A DNA stretch of 63,998 nucleotides, filler included, from Sandaracinaceae bacterium (GTDB lineage Bacteria > Myxococcota_A > Polyangia > Polyangiales > JADJQN01), in NCBI GenBank assembly GCA_947483975.1. It is 11 parts of 11 records of this genome, joined end to end, with 100 filler letters (N's around TTAATTAATTAA, not from the genome) between each part and the next. Parts side by side here need not be neighbours in the genome. Positions count along the whole stretch, not along the records: positions 1 to 6,058 come from CANKOL010000316.1; positions 6,159 to 12,203 come from CANKOL010000317.1; 9 more parts are not named here. One strand, written 5' to 3'. The notes under the pieces were generated by a model. That model was not told the DNA's origin and did not search any database. It saw nothing but the letters and a program-made list of their open reading frames with translations. Of the stretch, positions 1 to 8,895 are shown piece by piece. The position numbers were made by a program, and so were the translations under genes. Position 1 is the first letter of the stretch. The number at the start of each line of letters is the position of its first letter.

Positions 1-149
1 CCTCCGGCAGCCACTCACGCAGGTCAGGCGGCAGAAGCAGTCGCTGATCGATGTCGTACGGCAGGTAGCCCTTCGCCATGCGCCATCAAATACGGCCCGC
101 GATCCAGATGTCGATCCCCGGCGCGACTATTTGCCCGACACGCACCTAG
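1..149 (-). mobile_element. Left end of an IS1182-family insertion sequence (transposase N-terminus at 79..1, runs off the window)
   Basis: Hand translation from ATG at 79 gives MAKGYLPYDIDQRLLLPPDLREWLPE, matching the typical IS1182 transposase start (PY..DQ.LLLPP.L..WLPE). The upstream end reads CTAGGTGCGTGTCGGGCAAATAG, a plausible terminal inverted repeat. Not in the ORF track. Confidence 0.8.
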
Positions 150-283
150 TCGCCCCACGGGTTGCACTGCCACTTCTGGGGCTCCACGCGGATGCGCTCC
201 CACGCGGCCCGTGCGGAGTCGCCTGCGTCTGCCAGCCCGGCTGCCAGGAGCGCATCGAGCATCTCGCGGCTGAAGGTTTCCAC
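146..283 (-). pseudogene. Small hypothetical gene, probably truncated at the IS end
   Basis: GTG at 283 gives VETFSREMLDALL...WERIRVEPQKWQCNPWGD, and the TAG stop falls exactly in the CTAG at the IS boundary. Confidence 0.45.
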
Positions 284-374
284 GCGAGCGCAGCGTACAG
301 GGTGACGGCGGTGCTGCGCACGTTGCCCCGGTCGGCTCGCGCACGACGGCCTCAGCGCGCGAACCCTCGAGGAC

Positions 375-569
375 GTGGCCGGGCTCGACATCGTGCTGCC
401 CGTCCGCTCGAGCAGCGTCGCCCGAAATCCAATTGTCGTCGCCCGGCTCCCCGACGGCGGCCTGATCTCCTACCGCAAGCCGGACGGGATGTACCTGCAC
501 ACGCTGGCCACGCCCGAGGCGTTCCTTCGCAAGCTGCGGCAACTCGGCTTCGAGCCGGACGCCGAGTAG
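375..569 (+). CDS. Small hypothetical protein or C-terminal gene remnant
   Basis: GC3-rich codons and protein-like sequence (GGLISYRKPDGMYLHTLATPEAFLRKLRQLG); weak start context. Confidence 0.45.
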   Translation: MAGLDIVLPVRSSSVARNPIVVARLPDGGLISYRKPDGMYLHTLATPEAFLRKLRQLGFEPDAE

Positions 570-602
570 TCGACGCTGCGCACGCCGCGCTACGCTCCCC
601 CG

Positions 603-854
603 ATGAAGACAGCCCTCAGCGCGCTGTTGGCGCTCGCCCTGATCGGGTGCAGCCCCGAGACGCCCGCGCCGCCGCACGACGCGGGCATCGACTCGCGTGA
701 CGGCTTCTGCGTCGGGCTCGGGTACAGCAGCAACTGCGAGACCCACCCGTGCTGCGAGGGGGTCTGCTGTGCGCCGGCCCCCGTCGACCGCGGTGGCACC
801 GTCTGGCCGTCGTGCATGAGCTCGCCGCCCATCGGCGGCCACTGCTTCCTCTGA
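603..854 (+). CDS. Small Cys-rich lipoprotein
   Basis: Signal peptide MKTALSALLALALIGC with lipobox; 8 further Cys in the mature part. Confidence 0.7.
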   Translation: MKTALSALLALALIGCSPETPAPPHDAGIDSRDGFCVGLGYSSNCETHPCCEGVCCAPAPVDRGGTVWPSCMSSPPIGGHCFL

Positions 855-1080
855 CGTAGAGCACGACGAACATGCGAGCTGGCAGTGGCGCCGGATCGCG
901 CGTCGCGTCGCCCCGCCCTACCCCGCGCGTCTCCATTTCGCTCCTCATCAGCAAGCCGACGTGCGAGAACGGCCGTCGGCGGGCGGGGCGCGTTTGCCAC
1001 GTCAGTCCAGAGCGGCGCTCATCGTCGGGTTCACCGCAGCACGACCAACATCCCACCCGCGCCAAACGTAGAGGCGCACC

Positions 1081-3981
1081 ATGGCGAGCAAGATGCGGCC
1101 CAAAGAAGGCATTGAGACAATCCTCGGGGCGCTGTTCAGTGACGAGCTGCGCCGCCTCTGCGGCAAACGAGGCATCGCCCTCGGGCGCAGCGACTTGGAT
1201 CGCCGCGAACGCCTCGCCAAGGACTACCGCACGAGCGTAGACGAGCTGATCGACGATCTCAGGCGCAACGATCTCGTCCAGGTGCTGAGCGGATTGGAGT
1301 TCGAGGTCGAGGGGCGACGGTACTGTCTCGGTCGGCTCTACCAAGCGCGGCTCGAGGAACTGTGCGACGCGGCGACTGCCGTATTCGTCGAGGAATGGGG
1401 GCCGAACGACGACGGCGATGGCCCGGTGCCCGGCAGTCCCATCGACGTCTACCTCGTGGATGGGGACGACGACGACGACGACGATCTCGACGAGGAAGCC
1501 GACGAGACCGGCGACTCCTTCGCGGACGAGACCGACGCAGGGGGGCCTCCTCTCCTGGTCAGCTCGGCGGATGACGAAGACGACCTACTCACGGACATCG
1601 ACGGCGACGCCGGCTTCGACTCGCACTTCCCCACCGTCGAGCACATCGATCCCGCCGCGAGCAGCCCCGACCAGCGGCACGACGCGAGCCTCACGGACTT
1701 CCAGCGCGACGCGGTCGCGGCGCTCGATCGGCACTTCGCTCAGCCCGGTCGCCGCGGCCTTCTTTGCTTGCCCACCGGCGGCGGCAAGACGCGCACGTCC
1801 CTCGACTGGCTGCTCTCGCGGTTCGTCGCGCGAGGCGAGCGCATCCTCTGGGTGACGCATCGTGTGGACCTGCTCGACCAGGCGCACGACGAGATCCGCG
1901 GGCTCGCGTGGCTGCTCCGCAGCTCGCGTCCCAGCGGCTTCACGGTCTCCCGATATCAAGGGCGGCACGACGACCTCAGCGGCGATATCGTGCTCGCGTC
2001 CGCCGCGACGCTCGCGCGCCGCCTGCCTTCTCGGCAGGCGCTGTCGAGCGGGAGGCCCCTCGGGGTCGTCGTGTATGACGAGGCGCATCGCGCGGTCGCG
2101 AAGGGGACCTGGCGCGCGATCAGCAAGCTCCTCGGCCGCAACGAAGTCGCATTCCTCGGCCTGACGGCGACACCGTTCCGCACGGAGGTAGGTGGCACCG
2201 CGCTCCTCGAAGAACAGCTCGGCGGAGCGGTCTACCAGCGGACCTTCAAGGAGCTGGTCGACATCGGCTTCCTCGCGCGGCCCGTGTTCATTCGACAGCA
2301 GCTCCGCTCCACCGAGGGGTTCAAGGTCACGTCCAAGGAGCGTGCGGAGATCGCACGGCTGAAGGACCTGACGCCGGGCTTCCTGGGTCGCCTCGCGAGA
2401 GAGCCGCGGCGCAATCGCGAGATCCTCGAGCACTGGCTCGGCAGGCGGCAGGAATACGGCAAGACGCTCGCCTTCGCGTGCAACGTCGAGCACGCGGACG
2501 CGATGGCGAAGATGTTCAAGGGCAAGGGCGTTCGGGCTGAGTCGCTGCACAGCGACCTCCCGGCGATCGACCGCGCCCGTCGCCTCGCCGCGTTCCGTGA
2601 CGGGGCGATCGAGGTCCTCATCAACGTCGGGATCCTGACGGAGGGCGCAAACATCCCCGACACGAAGACCGTGCTGATGGCCCGGCCGACGATGAGCACG
2701 TCGCTCTACATGCAGATGATCGGGCGCGGCGCGCGCGGTCCGAAAACGGTGCCGGGCAAGACGCAGTTCTACGTCATCGACTGCGTCGACAACTTCGCGC
2801 AGCACGGTCTTCCGCTCGCCGGTCAGGAGGTCGCCGCTCGACTCGAGGCCGACGTCCTGCGTCCGCGCCAGGCTGCGCCGCGAGTGCGCACGCCGTCCGA
2901 AGCGCGGGACGAGCGCCGCGAGCTCGCGATGGCGGCGGCTTGGCTGGCGGCGCGCGGCTTCGATCCGCGCGCTTACACGTTCTGGGGGGAGCTGCGCTGG
3001 GAGAGCTCTGGCGGCCCCGCCTCGGTGGCCGTGTTCACCGAGACGATCGCGCCCGTCGAGGAGGCGGTGCGTCTCACCGAGGACGCGATCACGACCGGTC
3101 ACTGGCACCTGGCGCGCGACCGTGGGCCGTATCTCGAATCGCTCGGTGCGCTGCGCGCCGTGGACTGGGCGCGCGTGATCGGTGACTGCCAGCGGACGCG
3201 CATCGCGCCGCAGTTGCTGGCCGTGCCCGAGCTCTCGCTGACCTCCGAGGATCTCGGCGTGGCGACCGCGCTTCATGCGCTCGCGACGGAGATAAGAACG
3301 CGCGGCTTCGATGTCGCGATGCTCTCCACCGATCGCGCCTGGGCCGAGAGCGAGCCACTGCGCGCACGGTTCGCGTCGCCGATCGAACTTCGACAAGAGG
3401 TGATGAACCTCGCGAGCGCGCAAGTGCAGGCGCCCGCCGTCCCCGATGCGACGCAGAGCGCGGCGCCGTCGCAGGCCGCGGCGGTCGACGCGTTCGCCGA
3501 GCTTTCGCTGTCCATGGCGCGAGCGGACGGCGTCGTGGATCACGCCGAGCGTCTCGCGATTCTGCGGGCCCTCGAGCGACTGTTCGGCGGTGGACGCGCT
3601 GGCATCGTGCCCGACGTGGAAGGCGTGCTCGCGGGCAAGGAAGCCCTGCCGGTACTCGACGACACGCGGGCTTGTGGCGTCCTCCGCGAGACGCTCGACT
3701 GGCCGTCGCGGCTCGTCGCGTTCGATCTCCTGTTCCGCGTGGCGCTCGCCGATGGCCGCCTGGCCGAAGAAGAGCGACTCCTCCTTCAGGTCTGCGCGGA
3801 GGGCCTCGAGCTGCCCCGCGAGGAGCTGACGGATCGCCTCCAGTGGTACCGCTCGCCCGAGCCGACGGCGCCCGCGCCAGCAGTCGCTGGATACAAGACG
3901 TGCCCGTCGTGCAGCGCGACCGGCGAAGAGTCGGGCAACTTCTGCGGCTACTGCGGGACGTCGATGAGCGCGACGCGGTGA
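1081..3981 (+). CDS. SF2 DEAH-box helicase (ResIII/RadD-like) fused to C-terminal TerB-like domain and zinc ribbon
   Basis: Q motif LTDFQRDAV, Walker A LPTGGGKT, DEAH, TAT, LTEGANIP, QMIGRGAR. TerB-type motifs MARADGVVDHAER and VALADGRLAEEER. C-terminal CPSC...CGYC. Acidic linker in the N-terminal region. Confidence 0.9.
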   Translation: MASKMRPKEGIETILGALFSDELRRLCGKRGIALGRSDLDRRERLAKDYRTSVDELIDDLRRNDLVQVLSGLEFEVEGRRYCLGRLYQARLEELCDAATAVFVEEWGPNDDGDGPVPGSPIDVYLVDGDDDDDDDLDEEADETGDSFADETDAGGPPLLVSSADDEDDLLTDIDGDAGFDSHFPTVEHIDPAASSPDQRHDASLTDFQRDAVAALDRHFAQPGRRGLLCLPTGGGKTRTSLDWLLSRFVARGERILWVTHRVDLLDQAHDEIRGLAWLLRSSRPSGFTVSRYQGRHDDLSGDIVLASAATLARRLPSRQALSSGRPLGVVVYDEAHRAVAKGTWRAISKLLGRNEVAFLGLTATPFRTEVGGTALLEEQLGGAVYQRTFKELVDIGFLARPVFIRQQLRSTEGFKVTSKERAEIARLKDLTPGFLGRLAREPRRNREILEHWLGRRQEYGKTLAFACNVEHADAMAKMFKGKGVRAESLHSDLPAIDRARRLAAFRDGAIEVLINVGILTEGANIPDTKTVLMARPTMSTSLYMQMIGRGARGPKTVPGKTQFYVIDCVDNFAQHGLPLAGQEVAARLEADVLRPRQAAPRVRTPSEARDERRELAMAAAWLAARGFDPRAYTFWGELRWESSGGPASVAVFTETIAPVEEAVRLTEDAITTGHWHLARDRGPYLESLGALRAVDWARVIGDCQRTRIAPQLLAVPELSLTSEDLGVATALHALATEIRTRGFDVAMLSTDRAWAESEPLRARFASPIELRQEVMNLASAQVQAPAVPDATQSAAPSQAAAVDAFAELSLSMARADGVVDHAERLAILRALERLFGGGRAGIVPDVEGVLAGKEALPVLDDTRACGVLRETLDWPSRLVAFDLLFRVALADGRLAEEERLLLQVCAEGLELPREELTDRLQWYRSPEPTAPAPAVAGYKTCPSCSATGEESGNFCGYCGTSMSATR

Positions 3982-3991
3982 CGAGGCGGGT

Positions 3992-4756
3992 TCAGCCGCC
4001 GGTCACCCACGCCCGCGAGGGGCCGTAGATCCAGCCATCCAAACCCTGACCAGCCGCCGGCCCCACGAGCCGCGGTAGTTGAGGATCGACGATGCCGAGG
4101 TGCGCGAGCGCCACCAAGGCGCAGATAGCGGCGTCGAGCTCGTCTTCTCCCAAGCCGCGTCCGGCGTCGGGCAGGCGCACGTCCAGCAGGGCACGAACGC
4201 GATCCACCACCTCTCCCTTCGACTTCATCAAGGCGGGGTACGCCTCGATGATCTCGCGTCGCGGATCGCGCGGCGCATCCCACGGCAGCACGCGAAAGCC
4301 CTCGCTCTCGCGCCAGCGCCGCGTGAGCACCATCGCGACGGTCGCGTTGTTGCCGAGCTTGTCGAACGACGCCGAGAGCGGCTTCTTCCGCTCGTGCTCG
4401 GCGTGGATGAATCGGTCGCAGGCTCTATACGCGAGCTCGTTGTCGATCTCCCGGTCCGACGACGGAGGCGAGGTCGGCGCGCGCTCCAGCAAGCGCACGA
4501 ACGCGGCAGGAAACGAGAGCGGTGCGTCGATCGCGAGGACCACGTCGCCTCGATCGAGGGCGTCCGCGGGCGCCTCCGGCCAGGCCGTGCGGACGAGTTC
4601 CAGCACGTTGAGCCGCTCGCGACCCCGCAAGGTGAAGGCCGCTGGCCTGCCGACGTAGCGCCAGGTCTCGTCGTCCCCGACCTCGATGACCGCGACGGCC
4701 TGCTTCTTCCCGAGCCAGCCGCCGACATCCCAGCCGATCGCGAGGCCGCGCGTCAT
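3992..4756 (-). CDS. DUF429-family protein (predicted RNase H-fold nuclease)
   Basis: Start MTRGLAIGWDVGGW; motifs AIDAPLSFP, EAYPA, DELDAAICAL; ATGA overlap with the upstream HNH gene. Confidence 0.8.
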   Translation of the reverse strand: MTRGLAIGWDVGGWLGKKQAVAVIEVGDDETWRYVGRPAAFTLRGRERLNVLELVRTAWPEAPADALDRGDVVLAIDAPLSFPAAFVRLLERAPTSPPSSDREIDNELAYRACDRFIHAEHERKKPLSASFDKLGNNATVAMVLTRRWRESEGFRVLPWDAPRDPRREIIEAYPALMKSKGEVVDRVRALLDVRLPDAGRGLGEDELDAAICALVALAHLGIVDPQLPRLVGPAAGQGLDGWIYGPSRAWVTGG

Positions 4757-5538
4757 GTCGCAGGTGCTCTCGGCTTCTCGAACACCTTCTCCCGATGCCA
4801 CCCCAGATACGCCCGATGCGCGCTCGCAAGCCCGTGGACCCTCCGCGCGCCGCTCAATCCCAAGATCGCCCGCTCGTCGCCGCCGAGCCGCTCGGAGACG
4901 ATGACCGCGCCGTCGTCGCCCACCGTGATCCACCCGCCGTCGAACGCGGCGTCCATGTGCGGCGCGAGGAGCAGGCCGTTGAACACGTCGAGGCGCTCGG
5001 CGTCGGTGTCGCACGCCGCCCACGGCTTGATGTGGCTCGCGCGCAGCAGCTCGACGGTGCGCAGGCCGGTCATCGCGCACTTGCTCTCCCAGAAGTCGAG
5101 CAGGCCGGCGCGGAACACGTCCTGGCCGACGCGCTGGATCACGAGGCGCTCGGCCTCGGTGGCGCGCGGTAGCGCGGCGGTCTGCTTCTCGAAGAGGTGC
5201 AGCAGCTCGTCGGGCAAGGTCTTGCTGAGCTGGAACGCGCGGCGCACGAGGCGGTGCAGCGCGGGGATGTCGACGACGGTGCGGCCGGCGGCGGCACCGG
5301 GCGGCAGCGGCGCGACCATGGGCGTGCCGTACTCGCCGAGCGCGCGCGCGACGTGGAGCTGGGAGAACGCGGCGAGGAACACGGCGTCGCCGAACACGGT
5401 GAGCCAGAGCCGCAGCGGCGCTTGCGTGCTCGCGAAGGCGAGCCAGTCGCCCTCGCGCGGGAGGTCGCGGTCGAAGCCGTTGTCGACGGCGAGCTTCTCG
5501 AGGCGCGTGATGGTCGCGGGGGAGAGGGAGCTGGTCAC
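4753..5538 (-). CDS. HNH endonuclease (HNH_2, restriction-endonuclease-like)
   Basis: QRVGQDVFR, CAMTG, ASHIKPW, NGLLL, HMDAAFDGGWI. GTG at 5538 preferred over 5700 because the upstream extension looks non-coding. Confidence 0.88.
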   Translation of the reverse strand: MTSSLSPATITRLEKLAVDNGFDRDLPREGDWLAFASTQAPLRLWLTVFGDAVFLAAFSQLHVARALGEYGTPMVAPLPPGAAAGRTVVDIPALHRLVRRAFQLSKTLPDELLHLFEKQTAALPRATEAERLVIQRVGQDVFRAGLLDFWESKCAMTGLRTVELLRASHIKPWAACDTDAERLDVFNGLLLAPHMDAAFDGGWITVGDDGAVIVSERLGGDERAILGLSGARRVHGLASAHRAYLGWHREKVFEKPRAPAT

Positions 5539-5656
5539 AAGGGTCGCCCTCCATGCGGCCGCACTTCGGCGGACCGCGCGTCTCGCTCGATGGCGGCTGA
5601 TTCTCTCCGCACCGCGGAGACAATCGGAGCCCGCGCGATCGGAGCGGGCGCCATTT

Positions 5657-5867
5657 GTGTCACCACCGCTGACACTTTCTTTGCGCCCCTTCGCTCCCAC
5701 GCCGTCTCCATCGCTCGACCTCTCGCGCGCGGTTCCCGGCCCATCCTAAAGGACACTTTCAGCACTTCTAAAGGACAAGGAGCCCGTGCTGTCCTTTAGA
5801 AAACCTGCGTGATCGTCGGCGGTTACGGCCCGCGAACCCGCTCGGACGACGTGGGTCATGTCCGTTT
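5657..5867. promoter_or_regulatory. Cluster of GACA/TGTC-cored repeats (res-site-like or operator array)
   Basis: CTAAAGGACA at 5746-5755 and within TTCTAAAGGACA at 5766-5777; perfect inverted copy TGTCCTTTAGAA at 5790-5801; GTGTCA-N7-TGACAC at 5657-5675; TGTCCGTTT near 5859. Confidence 0.45.
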
Positions 5868-5962
5868 CCCCTCGGCCAGGCGGTAGCGCCGCCAGCGACG
5901 TTCACCTTCATGGGTGACCGCGGCGCTCTCGCGACGCGCGACGACACCTGAGCGCCCGGCGG

Positions 5963-6058
5963 TCACTTCTTCCGCCCCGTCGACCGCTTGGCGGTCTTCG
6001 GCTTCTCGGCCTTCTCCGCGCGAGGCGCATCGAAGGCCGCCGCTGCGCTCCGCCGCTC
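5963..6058 (-). CDS. C-terminal fragment of a protein with a Lys-rich tail (contig edge)
   Basis: ERRSAAAAFDAPRAEKAEKPKTAKRSTGRKK* open to the contig end. Confidence 0.45.
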   Translation of the reverse strand, partial: ERRSAAAAFDAPRAEKAEKPKTAKRSTGRKK

Positions 6059-6158
6059 NNNNNNNNNNNNNNNNNNNNNNNNNNNNNNNNNNNNNNNNNN
6101 NNTTAATTAATTAANNNNNNNNNNNNNNNNNNNNNNNNNNNNNNNNNNNNNNNNNNNN
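6059..6158. other. Artificial contig linker (first of 10)
   Basis: N-run + TTAATTAATTAA + N-run, 100 nt. Others at 12204-12303, 18342-18441, 24426-24525, 30507-30606, 36584-36683, 42629-42728, 48668-48767, 54697-54796, 60725-60824. Confidence 0.99.
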
Positions 6159-6180
6159 GCCGCCGGAGTCCGCCGCGCGC

Positions 6181-7530
6181 TCAGCGCAGCCAGCCCGCGA
6201 GCCAAGCGACGACGAGCGCCGTCGCGCTGAGCCCGGCGAGCGCGAGCCCCCAAGCGGCCGCGCGGCCCTTCCGTGCGGGGAGCGTCCCGGTCGTCGTGGG
6301 AGTCGTCGCCGCTGCCTTCGTTGCGGCCGCGGTCTTCGTCTCCGCCGCTGCCTTCGTCACGGCCGCGGTCTTCGTCTCCGCCGCAGCGTTCGTCTCCGCC
6401 GCGGTCTTCGCGTCCGCCGCGGTCTGCGCCTCCGTCGCGGCTTCCGTCGCCGTCGCCTCGGGCAACGCTCCGCCGTCGAGGCGCTCGAGCACCACCGGCG
6501 GCCCGAGCTCGAGCGCCTGCGCGCCGCGCTCGCGCGAGCGCCGGTGCGCGACGAGCTCTGCGCTGAAATTGTCGGTCAGAAACGTCCCGAAGCGGAGCGG
6601 CGACGCGACGAGCCGCGCCTTGCTCGCGTAGCCGTCGAGCGCCCGCTGAAAGTCCGCGGCGGTCGCGAAGCGGTCTCCGGCGTGCGCAGCGAGCGCGCGC
6701 GACACCACCGCTTGCAGGAGCGCGAACTCCGGCAGCCCGCGCTCGGGCAGCGCCGGCACGACCCCCGCGCGCGCCTGCGCGAGCATCTCCGCCTCGCTGC
6801 CGCGGATCATGCGCCGCCCCGCGCAGAGCTCCCACAGCAGGATGCCCGCGGCGAACACGTCCGCGCGCGCATCGACGGGCTCGCCGCGCGCGTGCTCGGG
6901 CGACATATAGGCGCTCTTGCCCGCGAGCTTCGAGACGGGCGCGAGCTCCTCGCCGCTCGCGTCGCCCGCGTCGTCGTCGAGCTCCGCGGCGCCGGCTTCG
7001 ACGTGCGCGACGGAGAGCGCGCGCGCGATGCCGAAGTCGCAGAGCTTCACCTCGCCCTCGAGCGAGATCAGCACGTTCGACGGCGACACATCGCGGTGCA
7101 CGAGCCCGAGCGGCGCGCCGTCATCCGTCTTCGCGCGGTGCGCGTACGAGAGCGCCCCGAGCACCTCGCGCACGATGAAGATCGCGAACTCCGCCGGGAG
7201 CGCGGTCTTGGTCCGCGAGAGCTGCCGCAGCAGCGCGTGCAGGTCGAAGCCCTCGACGTACTCCATCGCGATGAAGAGCTGGTCGCCCTCGCGCCCGAGC
7301 TCGTAGACCTGCACGACGTTGCCGTGCCGCAGCCGCGCGGCGAGCTTCGCCTCGGCGATCAGCATCTGCGCGAACGCCGGATCGCCCGCGAGCTCTGGCA
7401 GGATCTGCTTGACGACGACGAGCCGCGCGGCGCCGAGCTCGGTGACGGCGCGCGCGAGGAAGATCTCCGCCATGCCTCCCTTGCCGACGCGATCGAACAG
7501 CAAGTAGCGCCCAAAACGGCGTGGCAGCAT
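6181..7530 (-). CDS. Ser/Thr protein kinase with C-terminal TM helix
   Basis: GKGGMAEI, HRDVSPSN, DFG, YMSPE; Ala/Thr/Lys repeat linker before the TM. Confidence 0.93.
   Translation of the reverse strand: MLPRRFGRYLLFDRVGKGGMAEIFLARAVTELGAARLVVVKQILPELAGDPAFAQMLIAEAKLAARLRHGNVVQVYELGREGDQLFIAMEYVEGFDLHALLRQLSRTKTALPAEFAIFIVREVLGALSYAHRAKTDDGAPLGLVHRDVSPSNVLISLEGEVKLCDFGIARALSVAHVEAGAAELDDDAGDASGEELAPVSKLAGKSAYMSPEHARGEPVDARADVFAAGILLWELCAGRRMIRGSEAEMLAQARAGVVPALPERGLPEFALLQAVVSRALAAHAGDRFATAADFQRALDGYASKARLVASPLRFGTFLTDNFSAELVAHRRSRERGAQALELGPPVVLERLDGGALPEATATEAATEAQTAADAKTAAETNAAAETKTAAVTKAAAETKTAAATKAAATTPTTTGTLPARKGRAAAWGLALAGLSATALVVAWLAGWLR
6310..6445 (-). repeat. Intragenic ~18-bp degenerate tandem repeats (AAAETKT-like)
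   Basis: GCCGCGGTCTTCG recurs; protein reads TAADAKTAAETNAAAETKTAAVTKAAAETKTAAATK. Confidence 0.7.
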
Positions 7531-7541
7531 CGCGCGTTCGC

Positions 7542-8318
7542 TCAGATCCCGACGGTCCAGCCCGCGTCGACCGTCAGCACATGTCCCGTCAGAAACGACG
7601 AGGCGTCGCTCGCCAGATAGAGCGCGGCGCCGCTGATGTCCTCGGGCTGCCCGACGCGCTTCAGCGCCGTGCGCTCCATGACCGTCTTCATCACGGCCTC
7701 GTTCTGCGTCAGCGCGCTCGCGAACTTGGTCTCGACGAGCCCAGGCGCGATGGCGTTGACGCGGATGCCGGCGCCGCCGAGCTCCATCGCGAGCGTCTTG
7801 GTCATCGAGATGACGGCCGCCTTCGTCATGCCGTACATCCCTTGCAGCGGCGCGCCCATGAAGCCGACGACGCTCGCGACGTTGACGATCGCGCCCGGCG
7901 CCTTGCGCGAATAGAGGTGCTTGACGACCTCGCGCGTCGCCGTGAAGTAGCCCTTCACGTTGACGTCGAAGGTCTTGTCCCAGGCGCCCCAGTCGAGGTT
8001 CATCATCGGGCCGAAGTACGGGTTCGTCGCGGCGTTGTTGACGAGCACATCGACCTGCCCGAAGTGCGCGACCGCGCGGCTGACGAGCTCGGCGATCTGC
8101 GCCTCGTGCCCGGTGTGCGCGGCGACCGCGAGCGCCTGCCCGCCCTCGGCCTCGATCTCGGCGACGACGCGCGCGAGGCCCTCGACCTTGCGCGCCGCGA
8201 GCACGACCTTGGCGCCGTGGCGCGCGAACGACTTGGCGATCGACTCGCCGATGCCACGGCTCGCGCCGGTGACGATGGCGACCTTGCCCTCGAGGTGAAT
8301 CTGCGGCGTGCCGTTCAT
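7542..8318 (-). CDS. Short-chain dehydrogenase/reductase
   Basis: TGASRGIG, NNAA, YGMTK, NAIAPG. Confidence 0.93.
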   Translation of the reverse strand: MNGTPQIHLEGKVAIVTGASRGIGESIAKSFARHGAKVVLAARKVEGLARVVAEIEAEGGQALAVAAHTGHEAQIAELVSRAVAHFGQVDVLVNNAATNPYFGPMMNLDWGAWDKTFDVNVKGYFTATREVVKHLYSRKAPGAIVNVASVVGFMGAPLQGMYGMTKAAVISMTKTLAMELGGAGIRVNAIAPGLVETKFASALTQNEAVMKTVMERTALKRVGQPEDISGAALYLASDASSFLTGHVLTVDAGWTVGI

Positions 8319-8346
8319 GGTCGTTCCTCTGGGCTCGGGGTCTCGG

Positions 8347-8808
8347 CTACATCTCGTTGTCGAGCACGCGCACGCCGTGCGCACGCTTGGACTCTTCGGT
8401 CGCGGTCCGGAGGCGCTCGTAGAGCGCCATCACGTCGGTCTTCACGCCGTAGATGACGACCGCGGGCATCGAGCGGTCCATGGCCTTCAGGATGATGTTC
8501 CCGGTGCCGACGAGGCGCTGACCGAAGGGACGCTCCACCTCGAAGTGGTTGATCCGATAGATGTCGGTCTGGTCCATCCGCTTCGAGAACATCCCGCGCT
8601 CGATCACGACGCGCTGGGTCGTGATCTTGTAGTGCACCGCGCGTGAGCGGAAGAAGTAGTAGATGCAGCCGAAGCCGAGCGTGAAGATGCAGACGAGCCA
8701 CGCGCCGATGCTCGGGCAGAGCGCGGGGTTGCCCTCGAAGAGGGTCTGCTCGGGGCCGAGGGGTGCGGGATTGTTTGGGGCGCCGGGGGTCATTGCGGCG
8801 CCGAGCAT
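8347..8808 (-). CDS. Bacterial PH-domain (bPH_2) membrane protein
   Basis: TM segment, then YKITTQRVVIERG and QRLVGTGNI. Confidence 0.8.
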   Translation of the reverse strand: MLGAAMTPGAPNNPAPLGPEQTLFEGNPALCPSIGAWLVCIFTLGFGCIYYFFRSRAVHYKITTQRVVIERGMFSKRMDQTDIYRINHFEVERPFGQRLVGTGNIILKAMDRSMPAVVIYGVKTDVMALYERLRTATEESKRAHGVRVLDNEM

Positions 8809-8895
8809 CGCATGATCAGGCTCCGTTGGGAGGGGCTGCGTGCGAGATCGCGTCGGCCGGTCGAGAGCGGGTGTGCGCCGCGACGGCGGCCGCCC

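Noticed and set aside
146..1080. Small ORFs as integron cassettes
   Set aside because: No convincing RYYYAAC...GTTRRRY attC structure found between them, and no integrase.
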